This document shows positions 18,525 through 28,202 of a DNA stretch of 64,000 nt, piece after piece. Source of the DNA: an uncultured Rhizobiaceae bacterium (GTDB taxonomy: Bacteria; Pseudomonadota; Alphaproteobacteria; Rhizobiales; Rhizobiaceae). Positions within the stretch are counted from its first letter, which is position 1, and each line of letters opens with the position of its first letter. The translations under genes were made by a program, and so were the position numbers. The stretch spans positions 5,193 through 69,192 of the forward strand of contig CAMYMG010000020.1 in the NCBI GenBank assembly GCA_947259295.1, read 5' to 3'. The notes under the pieces were generated by a model. The model saw only the letters and a list, made by a program, of their open reading frames with translations, was not told the DNA's origin and made no database searches.

Positions 18525-18554
18525 GACCCGGCTTCGGCCGGGTCTTTTCTTTCT
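18525..18554 (+). terminator. intrinsic terminator after amtB
   Basis: GACCCGGC-ttcg-GCCGGGTC forms an 8-bp stem followed by TTTTCTTTCT. A second GC hairpin lies at 18468..18491. Confidence 0.8.
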
Positions 18555-18580
18555 GGCGCCGGCCTATCGCGATCGATCGC

Positions 18581-18892
18581 TTATCGGGCGACGAAAATCT
18601 GGCTGGCGACACACTTGTTCACCGCACAGTATTTCTTGTCCGTGGTCGGAACACCTGCCCGCCTGATGACCTCACTGCTGGCACAGTATTGGCGGTCCTT
18701 GACGTAGCGATCGTAGATCGGCAGCCCGAGGATGCTCGACGACCTGTAGGCGAGAATCGCCTCGCCCTCACGTTTGATCAATGCCTGGACTTCCGAGCAT
18801 GCCATCTTGGAAATGTCGTATCGGGTAGCTGCCATGGCGTCCGTTGCGAACAACGGGACCGCTGCAGCGACGGCAATCCATACCCGATTCAT
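18581..18892 (-). CDS. small secreted 4-Cys protein (paralog A), uncharacterised
   Basis: 103 aa from the ATG at 18890-18892 (GGAG 8 nt upstream). Signal peptide MNRVWIAVAAAVPLFATDAMA. Homologous by eye to CDS 19000..19293. Confidence 0.6.
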   Translation of the reverse strand: MNRVWIAVAAAVPLFATDAMAATRYDISKMACSEVQALIKREGEAILAYRSSSILGLPIYDRYVKDRQYCASSEVIRRAGVPTTDKKYCAVNKCVASQIFVAR

Positions 18893-18999
18893 GCGCTTTT
18901 CTCCCATATTGGCTTTGCGGCCATGCTTGCCTACAATCGCCGGCGCTTCAAGTCTCCGAGCGGCCGCGGGATGGCCTGGGTCTCGCCAGAGGAACAAGC

Positions 19000-19293
19000 A
19001 TGAAAAGAGCTGTCGCCGTCCTTGCCGTCATGCTGCTGCCATTCGAGGCACATGCAATCGTCCGATATCTCGTACAGGACATGACCTGCCAGGAAGTTCA
19101 GCAGGCCATAGAACGCGACGGTGCCGCCATCCTCTACCGCAAGGCGTCCGCCTCGGGACTGCCACTCTACAACCGCTACGTCCGCACCGGCGATTTTTGC
19201 GAAGCGGGCCAGAAGATTGCGCGATCGAGTGTCTCGACCGCAGACACGGACAAGTGCGCGGTCAGCAAATGCGAAGACCAGAACCGGCCCTGA
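19000..19293 (+). CDS. small secreted 4-Cys protein (paralog B), uncharacterised
   Basis: 97 aa from the ATG at 19000 (GAGGAA upstream). Signal peptide MKRAVAVLAVMLLPFEAHA. Shares RY..M.C.EVQ..I.R.G.AIL.YR..S..GLP.Y.RYV....C.....I.R..V.T.D...CAV.KC with paralog A. Confidence 0.6.
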   Translation: MKRAVAVLAVMLLPFEAHAIVRYLVQDMTCQEVQQAIERDGAAILYRKASASGLPLYNRYVRTGDFCEAGQKIARSSVSTADTDKCAVSKCEDQNRP

Positions 19294-19363
19294 GTCTCGC
19301 TCTCGACCAGGTCGTAGCGGGCAGTCCGCGCGTCGAATGAGTGCACCCGGCGTCCCCTTATAC

Positions 19364-19382
19364 TTAATGCCGTCTTAACCAT
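19364..19382 (+). promoter_or_regulatory. perfect CtrA-type box TTAA-N7-TTAAC (extended TTAACCAT) upstream of ftsK
   Basis: TTAATGCCGTCTTAACCAT read directly. It lies 75-93 nt upstream of the ftsK ATG. Confidence 0.5.
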
Positions 19383-19456
19383 CCGCCCCCTAGTCTGGCC
19401 GTCGAAAACGTCGCAGCAAAAGCGCTCGGCATCCGCACGTATTTACGGGGAACGAC

Positions 19457-22054
19457 ATGCGTTCTGGGGTTTCAGCACCGCTCCCGCTGGCCGATACCGG
19501 CTTTGGCGTACAAGCCTTTCTGCGTCGCCAGGCAGGCCGTGTAGCAGGCATCGGTCTTTTCGCCGGTGTAACCTTCGCGCTGGCGAGCCTGGGAACGTGG
19601 AACGTGGCCGACCCCAGCTTCAGCCATGCCACGGACGGTCCGGTCAGTAATGCGATGGGCTATCCAGGCGCCGTGTTCTCGGATCTTGCCATGCAGTTCT
19701 TTGGCCTCTCCTGCGTGGCCGCACTGGTGCCGGCCGTTCTCTGGGGATTTCTGTTTGCTACGGCGCGGGGCGTCGACAATTTGCCGAGGCGGGCGGCAGC
19801 ATGGTTTGCTGCGGCGCTTCTTTCGGCCGCGGTCGCCGGCTGTTTGGCCCCGCCCGAGACCTGGCCGTTGCCGACCGGCCTCGGCGGTGTGTTCGGCGAC
19901 ATGGTGCTGAAGGTGCCGGGGGCCTTTACGGGCGGCTATCCGACCGGACTTTTCGCCACCGCGCTGGCCATCCTGTTCCTCGCCCCCGCTCTCTTTCTCT
20001 ATGCATACGGGTCAGGGCTGACGTCCCGAACGCATGGCTTCGCCGTGAAAGCCGAACCGGCGCGCCGTGAGGCGGTCGAAGAGGACGCCTTCGACGACGA
20101 TGGCGACGACGATGACGGCATGCTGGCTCTCGGAGCCGTCACCCACTGGTGGCTGTCGCTCCGCGCCTTTGCTCGCCGCACGGCCGCCCGTTTCCGTACC
20201 CATGACGGTTTTGAGTTCCAGGACAGCGAACGCGCCAGCGGATGGCGTCGCGCCGCCGAGCGGGTCGAATCAGCCGAGCGCGCCGAGGCCAGGATGGTCG
20301 GCGACCGGATCGAGCCGGAATTCTTCGGGTCGGACATCGACGACGATTTCCCGACGGTCGATGCGGACGATCATGACGACTATCGCGCCGATGAACCTGC
20401 CGGTGCCAGGGTACAGACGTTCCGTTCCCCGGCCGGCGCGGTGCGCGTCGATGGCCCGGCGCCGCGCCCGGTTCCGGGGGCCCGCGTGCAACGCGAAGCG
20501 CAGACTTCCCTGATCGGCCCCGCCAGTTTCGAGATGCCGACGCTGCATTTCCTGAGCGAGCCCAAGAACGTGGTTCGCGACACGACGCTGTCGAAGGATG
20601 CCCTGGAACAGAATGCGCGGCTTCTCGAAGGCGTGCTCGAGGATTTCGGCGTCAAGGGCGAGATCATCCATGTCCGCCCCGGCCCGGTCGTCACACTCTA
20701 CGAACTGGAGCCCGCGCCAGGCATCAAGTCGTCCCGCGTCATCGGCCTTGCCGACGATATCGCACGCTCGATGAGCGCGATTGCCGCGCGTGTCGCGGTC
20801 GTGCCAGGCCGCAACGCCATCGGCATCGAACTGCCCAACGCCAAGCGCGAAACCGTCTATCTTCGCGAGATTCTCGCCAGCCGCGACTTCGAGACGACAA
20901 AGGCAAAGCTGGCACTGGCGCTCGGCAAGTCGATCAATGGCGAGGCGGTCATCGTCGACATCGCCAAGATGCCGCACGTGCTTGTCGCCGGTACAACCGG
21001 CTCGGGCAAGTCGGTTGCGATCAATACGATGATCCTGTCCCTGCTCTACCGCATGACCCCGCAGGAATGCCGGTTGATCATGATCGACCCGAAGATGCTC
21101 GAACTGTCGGTATATGACGGCATCCCGCATCTGCTCACGCCTGTCGTAACCGATCCCAAGAAGGCCGTGGTCGCCCTCAAATGGACGGTCCGCGAAATGG
21201 AAGACCGCTATCGCAAGATGTCCAAGGTCGGCGTCCGCAACATCGAGGGTTTCAACGCCCGCGTGGCGGCAGCCGACAAGAAAGGCGAACGCATCTCGCG
21301 CACCGTGCAGACCGGCTTCGACAAGCAGACCGGCGAGGCGATCTACGAGACCGAGGACCTTCACCTCGAGGCCATGCCGTTCATCGTCGTGATCATCGAC
21401 GAGATGGCCGACCTGATGATGGTCGCGGGCAAGGATATCGAAGGCGCGGTCCAGCGGTTGGCGCAGATGGCGCGCGCCGCCGGCATCCATGTCATCATGG
21501 CCACTCAGCGCCCTTCGGTTGACGTCATCACCGGCACGATCAAGGCTAACTTCCCGACCCGAATCTCCTTCCAGGTGACCTCCAAGATCGACAGCCGCAC
21601 GATTCTCGGCGAACAGGGCGCCGAGCAACTGCTTGGCATGGGCGACATGCTCTACATGGCCGGCGGCGGTCGCATCCAGCGCGTCCATGGCCCCTTCGTA
21701 TCGGACGACGAGGTCGAGAAGGTGGTTGCCCACCTCAAGCTCCAGGGCGTGCCTGAATATCTCGACGCAATCACCGAGGACGACGGCGAGGACGAAGACG
21801 AGCCGTCGGGCAAGGGCGGCGGTTCCGGCGGCGGCGGCAACTTCGACGATTCGGACGATCCCTACGATCAAGCCGTCTCGGTGGTGCTGCGCGACGGCAA
21901 GGCATCGACCAGCTACATCCAGCGCCGTCTCGGCATCGGCTACAACCGCGCCGCCTCGATCATCGAGAAGATGGAGCAGGAGGGGATCGTCGGTCCCGCC
22001 AACCATGCCGGCAAGCGCGAAATCCTGGTACCGACCGAAGAAGACAAGCTCTGA
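19457..22054 (+). CDS. ftsK: DNA translocase FtsK
   Basis: 865 aa with N-terminal TM helices, an acidic/low-complexity linker, a motor domain (Walker [25 protein letters not shown]) and the C-terminal gamma winged helix ([18 protein letters not shown]). Confidence 0.95.
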   Translation: MRSGVSAPLPLADTGFGVQAFLRRQAGRVAGIGLFAGVTFALASLGTWNVADPSFSHATDGPVSNAMGYPGAVFSDLAMQFFGLSCVAALVPAVLWGFLFATARGVDNLPRRAAAWFAAALLSAAVAGCLAPPETWPLPTGLGGVFGDMVLKVPGAFTGGYPTGLFATALAILFLAPALFLYAYGSGLTSRTHGFAVKAEPARREAVEEDAFDDDGDDDDGMLALGAVTHWWLSLRAFARRTAARFRTHDGFEFQDSERASGWRRAAERVESAERAEARMVGDRIEPEFFGSDIDDDFPTVDADDHDDYRADEPAGARVQTFRSPAGAVRVDGPAPRPVPGARVQREAQTSLIGPASFEMPTLHFLSEPKNVVRDTTLSKDALEQNARLLEGVLEDFGVKGEIIHVRPGPVVTLYELEPAPGIKSSRVIGLADDIARSMSAIAARVAVVPGRNAIGIELPNAKRETVYLREILASRDFETTKAKLALALGKSINGEAVIVDIAKMPHVLVAGTTGSGKSVAINTMILSLLYRMTPQECRLIMIDPKMLELSVYDGIPHLLTPVVTDPKKAVVALKWTVREMEDRYRKMSKVGVRNIEGFNARVAAADKKGERISRTVQTGFDKQTGEAIYETEDLHLEAMPFIVVIIDEMADLMMVAGKDIEGAVQRLAQMARAAGIHVIMATQRPSVDVITGTIKANFPTRISFQVTSKIDSRTILGEQGAEQLLGMGDMLYMAGGGRIQRVHGPFVSDDEVEKVVAHLKLQGVPEYLDAITEDDGEDEDEPSGKGGGSGGGGNFDDSDDPYDQAVSVVLRDGKASTSYIQRRLGIGYNRAASIIEKMEQEGIVGPANHAGKREILVPTEEDKL

Positions 22055-22201
22055 CGGCAGCATCCGCCGCTGGAGTTTATGGCACTCCGCTTTGGATTCC
22101 CGCGTTCGATGCCCATATGGGAGTGACGGCGCCGCCAAATTTGCGCCCCACTACACCCCTATCGATCCGCCCAGGATCGACAGTCACGAAAGCGACCAGG
22201 A

Positions 22202-22897
22202 ATGAAAAGCGACGCCGCCACCACGACAGATCAACCTGACCACGTAAGACGCGGCATCATGGCCCTCGTGGGCGGCACTCTGGCTACGCTCGCCGTGGCA
22301 GGCATGATCGGCCTTGGCAGCGCGACGAGCGTCTTTGCCGCGTCCGACACCGCCCAGAAAATCGCGGACCACTTTTCCAGCGTCTCGACGATGACCGGCG
22401 AATTCGTGCAGTTCGGCCCCAAAGGCGAACAGACCGGTGGCAAATTCTTCCTGCAGCGCCCCGGCAAGGTCCGCTTCAACTATGAGGCTCCCTCCGCCTA
22501 CCGGGTGATATCCGACGGCAAGAATGTCGCGATCGATAACAGCAAACTCAACACGATGGACATGTATCCCTTGTCCAAGACGCCGCTGAAACTGTTGCTT
22601 GGCGAGCGCATCGATCTGTCAGGGGCGAAGGTCGTAAGCGTCAAGGAAGATTCGGACCTGACGACGATCAAGCTCGCCGACAAATCGGTTTTCGGTAGTT
22701 CGACGATCACCATGATGTTCGATCCGAAGTCCTACGAACTGCGCCAATGGACGATCACCGACTCGCAGGGCAAGGACACCACGATCATGATCTTCAACGT
22801 CAAGCAGGGTGTCTCGATCGATCCTGCGACGTTCAAGGTCGACTATGAACGCAACCTCGAGCTGAATTCTCCGAGCCGCCGGCAGAAGAGCCGCTAG
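22202..22897 (+). CDS. lolA: LolA-like outer-membrane lipoprotein carrier protein
   Basis: 231 aa with a signal-like segment (LVGGTLATLAVAGMIGLGSATSVFA) and LolA-type features (F.Q......G.F...RPGK.RF.Y..P). Conserved position after ftsK. Start uncertain (22202 or 22259). Confidence 0.8.
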   Translation: MKSDAATTTDQPDHVRRGIMALVGGTLATLAVAGMIGLGSATSVFAASDTAQKIADHFSSVSTMTGEFVQFGPKGEQTGGKFFLQRPGKVRFNYEAPSAYRVISDGKNVAIDNSKLNTMDMYPLSKTPLKLLLGERIDLSGAKVVSVKEDSDLTTIKLADKSVFGSSTITMMFDPKSYELRQWTITDSQGKDTTIMIFNVKQGVSIDPATFKVDYERNLELNSPSRRQKSR

Positions 22898-23044
22898 GCC
22901 GGGGCTGCCGCCGCCCGCACCCTCCCTCGGCGTCGCATAGCTGTGGAAAGACGCGGCACGCCGGCGAGCAGCCCTGCGGCGGGTTGCCGTTGACGGCCTC
23001 TGCTGTCAGTTTCCGGGCTCGATTCCTGTCCGGACCATCATTTC

Positions 23045-23875
23045 ATGACATTTTCGATTGCGACCTGGAACATCAATTCGGTTCGGCTGCGCATGCCGCT
23101 GGTGGCGAGGCTTCTCGAGCAGCATGCGCCCGACGTCCTGTGCCTCCAGGAAACGAAATGTCCCGACGACCTATTCCCCTTCAAGGCATTCGCCGAGCTC
23201 GGCTATGAGCACGTCGCCATCCACGGCCAGAAGGGCTATCACGGTGTCGCCACCGTCTCGCGCCATCCGCTGGAGGTCGTCGAGCGGCGAAAATTCTGCC
23301 AGCTGACCGATTGCCGGCACCTTTCGGTGCGGGTTCAGGCCGGCGGCAAGTCCCTGCTCGTGCACAATTTCTACGTGCCGGCCGGGGGCGAGGAGCCAGA
23401 CCCCGATATAAATCCCAAGTTCAGGCACAAGCTCGACTTCGTGGCCGAGATGAATGAAATCCGGGCCGAATGCGATGACGAATCCGCATGCATTCTCGTC
23501 GGCGACCTCAACATCGCGCCGCTGGAGCATGACGTCTGGTCGCACAAGCAACTGCTGAAGGTCGTCAGCCACACGCCCATTGAGACCGAGGGATTCGAGG
23601 CCATGCGCAAGGCCGGCGACTGGATCGACTTGATGCGCCTCAATGTCCCACTCGACCAGAAGATCTACACCTGGTGGAGCTATCGTGCGCTCGACTGGGA
23701 CATAACGGATCGCGGCCGCCGCCTCGATCATGTCTGGTCATCACAGAATATCGTCGAGAACCTTGCCGGCATCGAGATCCTGCGCGAGGCGCGTGGATGG
23801 GACCGGCCTTCGGACCACGTGCCGGTGATCGCGCGTTTCGACTTCGACCGGTCAGGGAGCGAACCGCGGCCCTAG
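23045..23875 (+). CDS. xthA: exodeoxyribonuclease III
   Basis: 276 aa EEP fold (IATWNINSVR, LCLQETK, GDLNIAP, SDHVPV). Confidence 0.93.
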   Translation: MTFSIATWNINSVRLRMPLVARLLEQHAPDVLCLQETKCPDDLFPFKAFAELGYEHVAIHGQKGYHGVATVSRHPLEVVERRKFCQLTDCRHLSVRVQAGGKSLLVHNFYVPAGGEEPDPDINPKFRHKLDFVAEMNEIRAECDDESACILVGDLNIAPLEHDVWSHKQLLKVVSHTPIETEGFEAMRKAGDWIDLMRLNVPLDQKIYTWWSYRALDWDITDRGRRLDHVWSSQNIVENLAGIEILREARGWDRPSDHVPVIARFDFDRSGSEPRP

Positions 23876-24307
23876 CTTCTCGATCCGCCGGATCATCGCC
23901 TGCAGGTCTTCGGTGATCTGCTGATGCAGGGCCTGCGCGGTCTCGGGATATTCTTCAAGGATGCGGCGGAACATGCTGCGGCTTAGCCGCAGGACTTCCG
24001 CGTCGCCCTCCGCGTCCGCGCTGGTCAGCCGTCGCGTATCGGCGATCAGTGCCATCTCGCCCAGCATGGAACCCGGGCCGACCGATCCGACCACCAGGCG
24101 TTCGCCTTCATGGTCGCGGTAAAGGGTGATGCGGCCTTGCAGCACGACATAGGCCGAATCGGCATCGTCGTCTTCCCGGAAGAGCTTGCGTCCGTCGGGC
24201 AGTTGCATGCGTTCCGCGCCGAAGGCGAGCAGCCGCAACTGATCCTGCGTCAGGCCTTCGAAGAGCCTTACGCCGGATAGGATGCGGATGTGATCATCCA
24301 GCGCCAT
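23852..24307 (-). CDS. stand-alone cyclic-nucleotide-binding domain protein
   Basis: 151 aa cNMP-binding fold (LFEGL...GPGSMLGEMALI...RLTSA). No DNA-binding domain. Its 3' end overlaps the xthA 3' end by 24 nt. Confidence 0.8.
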   Translation of the reverse strand: MALDDHIRILSGVRLFEGLTQDQLRLLAFGAERMQLPDGRKLFREDDDADSAYVVLQGRITLYRDHEGERLVVGSVGPGSMLGEMALIADTRRLTSADAEGDAEVLRLSRSMFRRILEEYPETAQALHQQITEDLQAMIRRIEKLGPRFAP

Positions 24308-24373
24308 TGTGTCCCCGAACCCTCAGCCTGGCGCTCCTCCCGCGATTAAGCCCCACCTCTCCGCAAAATCACT

Positions 24374-25057
24374 TCAGGGAACCAGCTTGTATCCGCCGCT
24401 TTCTGTCACAAGAATTTCCGCATTGGAAGGATCGCGCTCAATCTTCTGGCGCAACCTGTAGACGTGAGTCTCCAGCGTATGTGTCGTGACGCCCGAGTTG
24501 TATCCCCACACTTCCTCGAGCAGCACGTCGCGGGTAACCACCTTCTGGTCGGCCCGGTAGAGGTATTTGATGATCGAGGCCTCTTTCTCGGTCAGCCGCA
24601 CCTTTGCGCCGCGCTGGTCGATCAGAAGCTTTTGGCTCGGCTTGAACGTGTAGGGCCCGACCGAGAAGGTCGCGTCTTCACTCTGCTCGTGCTGCCGGAG
24701 CTGCGCGCGAATGCGCGCCAGCAGGACGGCAAAGCGGAAAGGCTTGGTCACATAGTCGTTGGCGCCGGCTTCGAGCCCCAGAATCGTGTCGGAATCGGTG
24801 TCCTGGCCGGTCAGCATGATGATCGGCGCCTTGTAGCCGCCCTTGCGCAGCAGCTTGACGGCCTCGCGGCCATCCATGTCAGGCAGGCCGACATCCATGA
24901 TCAAAAGGTCGATCAGCCCCGCGCGCGCCGCCGCCACGCCCTTCGCCGCCGTCTCCTCCTGCAACACGTCGAACTCCTCGTAGAGCGACAATTGCTCTAC
25001 AAGCGTGCTGCGCAGATCGTCGTCATCATCGACGATCAGGATAGTGCGTGAAGTCAT
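24374..25057 (-). CDS. OmpR/PhoB-family response regulator (orphan; possibly CenR-like)
   Basis: 227 aa with a receiver domain (ILIVDDDDD...LLIMDVGLPDMDG...KP) and a winged-helix output domain (LTEKEASIIKYLY...TLETHVYRLRQKI). No histidine kinase adjacent. Confidence 0.92.
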   Translation of the reverse strand: MTSRTILIVDDDDDLRSTLVEQLSLYEEFDVLQEETAAKGVAAARAGLIDLLIMDVGLPDMDGREAVKLLRKGGYKAPIIMLTGQDTDSDTILGLEAGANDYVTKPFRFAVLLARIRAQLRQHEQSEDATFSVGPYTFKPSQKLLIDQRGAKVRLTEKEASIIKYLYRADQKVVTRDVLLEEVWGYNSGVTTHTLETHVYRLRQKIERDPSNAEILVTESGGYKLVP

Positions 25058-25160
25058 GGCTCAGTCCATTATCCCGAATCAGAGGTTGGTCGGTAACTGA
25101 TAGTTGCCTTTTGGCGGGGCAATATGGCCGCGAGGGCGGCCGGTCACAGTGGTTTATTTT

Positions 25161-25742
25161 ATGTCGCGATCATACAAGAAAAAACGTGAGCGGAACGCTA
25201 ATGGCCTAAAAAGCCGGCAAAACTTGGCGCGACTGACCGTTCGTGCGCGCCCCGGTCATCCCAGCCAGGGCCTGATGACTGCCGGCCAAAGCGTCTTCCC
25301 CTGTGCCCTCGGGCGCGGTGGAATAACGTCCAACAAGCGCGAAGGCGACGGCGCCACGCCTCTCGGGTCCATGCGGCTGCTCTCAGGGTATTTTCGCAGC
25401 GATCATGTGGCCCCGCGGTCGACGCGGCTCGCCATGAAGCCGATCGCCGCATCGCTCGGCTGGTGCGAGGTTCCGCAGGACCGGAACTACAACCGCCCCG
25501 TCAAGATGCCCTACCGCGCCAGCCACGAGACCATGCGCCGCGCCGACCATCTCTACGACTACTGCCTCGTGCTCGACTGGAACATGTCGACCCGCATCCG
25601 CGGCCGCGGCAGCGCCATCTTCTTTCATCTCGCCCATGCCGATTTCTCGCCGACGCAAGGCTGCGTCGCCGTCTCGGCAAAGGTCATGGCCCGTCTTCTG
25701 CCGTTCCTGACGGATCGGACCGTTCTGACGGTGAAGAGATAG
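25161..25742 (+). CDS. L,D-transpeptidase (YkuD) catalytic-domain protein
   Basis: Active-site context GSAIFFHLAHADFSPTQGCVAV (His ... Gly-Cys). The start is uncertain: TTG 25104, ATG 25161 or TTG 25224. The 5' region is unusually AT-rich. Confidence 0.75.
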   Translation: MSRSYKKKRERNANGLKSRQNLARLTVRARPGHPSQGLMTAGQSVFPCALGRGGITSNKREGDGATPLGSMRLLSGYFRSDHVAPRSTRLAMKPIAASLGWCEVPQDRNYNRPVKMPYRASHETMRRADHLYDYCLVLDWNMSTRIRGRGSAIFFHLAHADFSPTQGCVAVSAKVMARLLPFLTDRTVLTVKR

Positions 25743-25785
25743 GCGCCGCGCCCCAGGAAGGGTGCAATCCCCCTGTCAGCCGGCG

Positions 25786-26385
25786 CTATCGAAAGCGCCA
25801 GACCGTCGTCTTCTTGACCTCCGCATCCTCCAGCACGCGCGTCACCGGCACCTGGTAGGCCGCAATCTCTTCCAGACGCTGCTTTGGCAGATAGGATCGT
25901 CCGGGATCGCCGACGATAATGTCGGTTCCACGCCTGGAGAGTGCCTCGAACCACGGCACAAGCCGGTCGGCGAAGGGTCGGTCGTAAAACACGTCGCCGG
26001 CGAGCAACGTGTCCCAATCACCCGTCTTACCGATGAGATCCTGGCTTTCGAACTCAATGGCCGAGCCGTTCATGTCGGCATTCAGCGCGACGGCGGCCGC
26101 GCAGAAGGGATCTATATCACCCGCAAGCACGCGTGCCGCTCCCGCCTTCGCGGCGGCGATGGCGACCAGCCCCGATCCAGTGGCGAAGTCCAGCACCTTC
26201 TTGCCGCTGACCAGTTCCGGGTGATCGAGGACATGGCGCGCCAACCCCTGTCCGCCGGCCCAGGCGAAGGCCCAGAAGGGAGGCGGCAGGCCGATCTCGG
26301 CCAGTTCCTCCTCGGTGCGGCGCCACAGGTCGTGGGCCTCGTCCGCCAGATGAAGGACGATCTCGGGCACATGAGGGACGGGCAT
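25786..26385 (-). CDS. class I SAM-dependent methyltransferase (COG3897 / METTL20-like protein-lysine methyltransferase family)
   Basis: 199 aa with SAM motif I VLDFATGSGLVAIAAAKAG, post-I GDIDP and the LAGDVFYD motif. Confidence 0.8.
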   Translation of the reverse strand: MPVPHVPEIVLHLADEAHDLWRRTEEELAEIGLPPPFWAFAWAGGQGLARHVLDHPELVSGKKVLDFATGSGLVAIAAAKAGAARVLAGDIDPFCAAAVALNADMNGSAIEFESQDLIGKTGDWDTLLAGDVFYDRPFADRLVPWFEALSRRGTDIIVGDPGRSYLPKQRLEEIAAYQVPVTRVLEDAEVKKTTVWRFR

Positions 26386-26444
26386 CGGCGCCGTGTTATC
26401 GAGAATGAAGCGCCGTGCGTTGCCCGGGGTGACGCGTGCTGTCG

Positions 26445-26870
26445 TCAGGGGGCCGGATCAAGCCCGCCCATGCGGCAGACTTCCTTCCACTCATCCGGTG
26501 TCACCGGCTGCACGGACAGCCGAGAATTCACCACCAGCACCATCTTGGCGAGCTTTGGGTTGGCCTTGATCTCGTCGAGCGTCGGCGGGTTGGGCATGTC
26601 CTTCACGGCGCGGATGTCGACGCACTCCCAGCGTTCGTCCTCGGTGGTCGTGTCGTGGTGCGCCGGCGCGCAGACCTCGGCGATGCCGACGACATTCAGC
26701 CCCTCGTTCGAGTGGTAGTAGAAGCCGAGATCGCCGACCTGCATGGCGCGCATGTTGTTGCGCGCCTGGTAGTTGCGGACACCGTCCCATTGAGTGCCGG
26801 TCTTGCCCTTCTTCTTCAGTTCCTCGAACGAGAAGGTCGATGGCTCCGACTTGAACAGCCAGTAGTTCAT
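26445..26870 (-). CDS. EVE (PUA-like, DUF55) domain protein
   Basis: 141 aa. MNYWLFKSEP...WDGVRNYQARNNMR.M..GD..FYYHS matches the EVE family pattern. Confidence 0.85.
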   Translation of the reverse strand: MNYWLFKSEPSTFSFEELKKKGKTGTQWDGVRNYQARNNMRAMQVGDLGFYYHSNEGLNVVGIAEVCAPAHHDTTTEDERWECVDIRAVKDMPNPPTLDEIKANPKLAKMVLVVNSRLSVQPVTPDEWKEVCRMGGLDPAP

Positions 26871-26897
26871 TGCGGTTGCTCCCTGGTGCCGCGGGCC

Positions 26898-27194
26898 TCA
26901 GCCATTGGCCGGGTTGTTGAAGGTCCATGTCCACGGCCGGATCTCGACGCTCTCGAACAACCCCACCTTCGCATACGGGTCGGCGGCGCTGATAGAAGCG
27001 GCGGCATCCGCATCGGCGGCCTCCACGACCACCAGGCTGCCATTGGGCTTGCCGTCGGCGTCCAGAAAGGGACCCGCGATCTTCAGCGTGCCGGCCTCGT
27101 TGAGCTTGGTCAGGAAGGCCACATGCTCGGGCCTCGTGTCGGTGCGCAATTGCAGGCTTGCGGGCTTATCCTTGCAGACGAAGGCAAACAGCAT
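26898..27194 (-). CDS. YciI family protein
   Basis: 98 aa (R..HV.FL......G....AGPF.D...........V.EA.....A......DPY). Confidence 0.85.
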   Translation of the reverse strand: MLFAFVCKDKPASLQLRTDTRPEHVAFLTKLNEAGTLKIAGPFLDADGKPNGSLVVVEAADADAAASISAADPYAKVGLFESVEIRPWTWTFNNPANG

Positions 27195-27215
27195 GAAGAA
27201 ATCTCCTCTTTCCGA

Positions 27216-28202
27216 TTAGTCGGTTTCACTTCGCAACGGACGCGACATCAGCGCAGAAACGGCCTCGTTTATGTTCATTTCGCCCGCCAGAATCGCCGCG
27301 ACCGCTGCGATGATTGGCGCGTCGATGCCGCGGTCGCGCGCGATGCGAGCCGCGATGGCGGCCGTTGCCACGCCTTCGGCAAGCGGCAATCCCGCGAGGC
27401 TCCGGCCTTGCCCGATGGCCTCGCCATAGGTGAAATTCCGCGATTGCGCCGAGGAGCAGGTCAGCATCAGATCGCCGAGCCCCGACAGCCCCATCAGCGT
27501 TTCCGGGTCGGCGCCGAATGCCTGGCCCATTCGCCTGAGCTCGACGAAGCCGCGCGTCACCATCGCAGCCTGCGCACTGGCACCAAGTCCCGCTCCCGCC
27601 ACAGCACCGGCGGCAAGCGCAAACACGTTCTTCAGCGCGCCGCCAATTTCGACACCGACGAGGTCTCCGGTCGAGTAGCAACGGAACCGTTCGGTCGAAA
27701 ATCGTTGCGCAAGCCGGGCGGCGAGCGCTGCATCGCGGGCCGCGATAACCACCGCCGTCGGCAGGCCCTTCGCCACATCGGCGGCAAAGCTCGGACCCGA
27801 CAGCGCAGCAACCGGGTTTGCCGGCAGCAGCGTCTCGGCGATTTCCGACAGCAGCAATCCGCTGTCATGTTCGATTCCCTTGGCGCACAGGACCAGGGGA
27901 ATCCCCTTCGCGACGAGGCCCGGCATGGCCTGAAACGTCAGGCGGGAAACCTGCGCCGGCGTCACGGCGAGTACGCAGTCCGTCCCCTCCAGAGCAGCCG
28001 CCATGTCGGTCGTGGCGGCAATGCCGGGGTCGAGCCGTATCCCCGGCAGGTAGCGTGGATTCTCGCCGCGATTGAGTGCCTCGACCGCGGCACCATCCCT
28101 CGCCCACAACCGCACCGAGTGGCCCGCACGCCGCGCCTGCATGGCCAGTGCCGTGCCCCAGGCGCCACCGCCCAGCACGGTGACGGTAAAGGAGCCGATC
28201 AT
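27216..28202 (-). CDS. gpsA: NAD(P)H-dependent glycerol-3-phosphate dehydrogenase
   Basis: 328 aa ([29 protein letters not shown]). ATGA overlap with the tsaD stop. Confidence 0.95.
   Translation of the reverse strand: MIGSFTVTVLGGGAWGTALAMQARRAGHSVRLWARDGAAVEALNRGENPRYLPGIRLDPGIAATTDMAAALEGTDCVLAVTPAQVSRLTFQAMPGLVAKGIPLVLCAKGIEHDSGLLLSEIAETLLPANPVAALSGPSFAADVAKGLPTAVVIAARDAALAARLAQRFSTERFRCYSTGDLVGVEIGGALKNVFALAAGAVAGAGLGASAQAAMVTRGFVELRRMGQAFGADPETLMGLSGLGDLMLTCSSAQSRNFTYGEAIGQGRSLAGLPLAEGVATAAIAARIARDRGIDAPIIAAVAAILAGEMNINEAVSALMSRPLRSETD

Noticed and set aside
20270-22138. 622-aa ORF on the minus strand
   Set aside because: It lies entirely antisense to the well-supported ftsK motor domain. 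The Arg/Ala/Gly/Asp-rich composition is typical of GC-rich shadow frames, and I recognise no motif.
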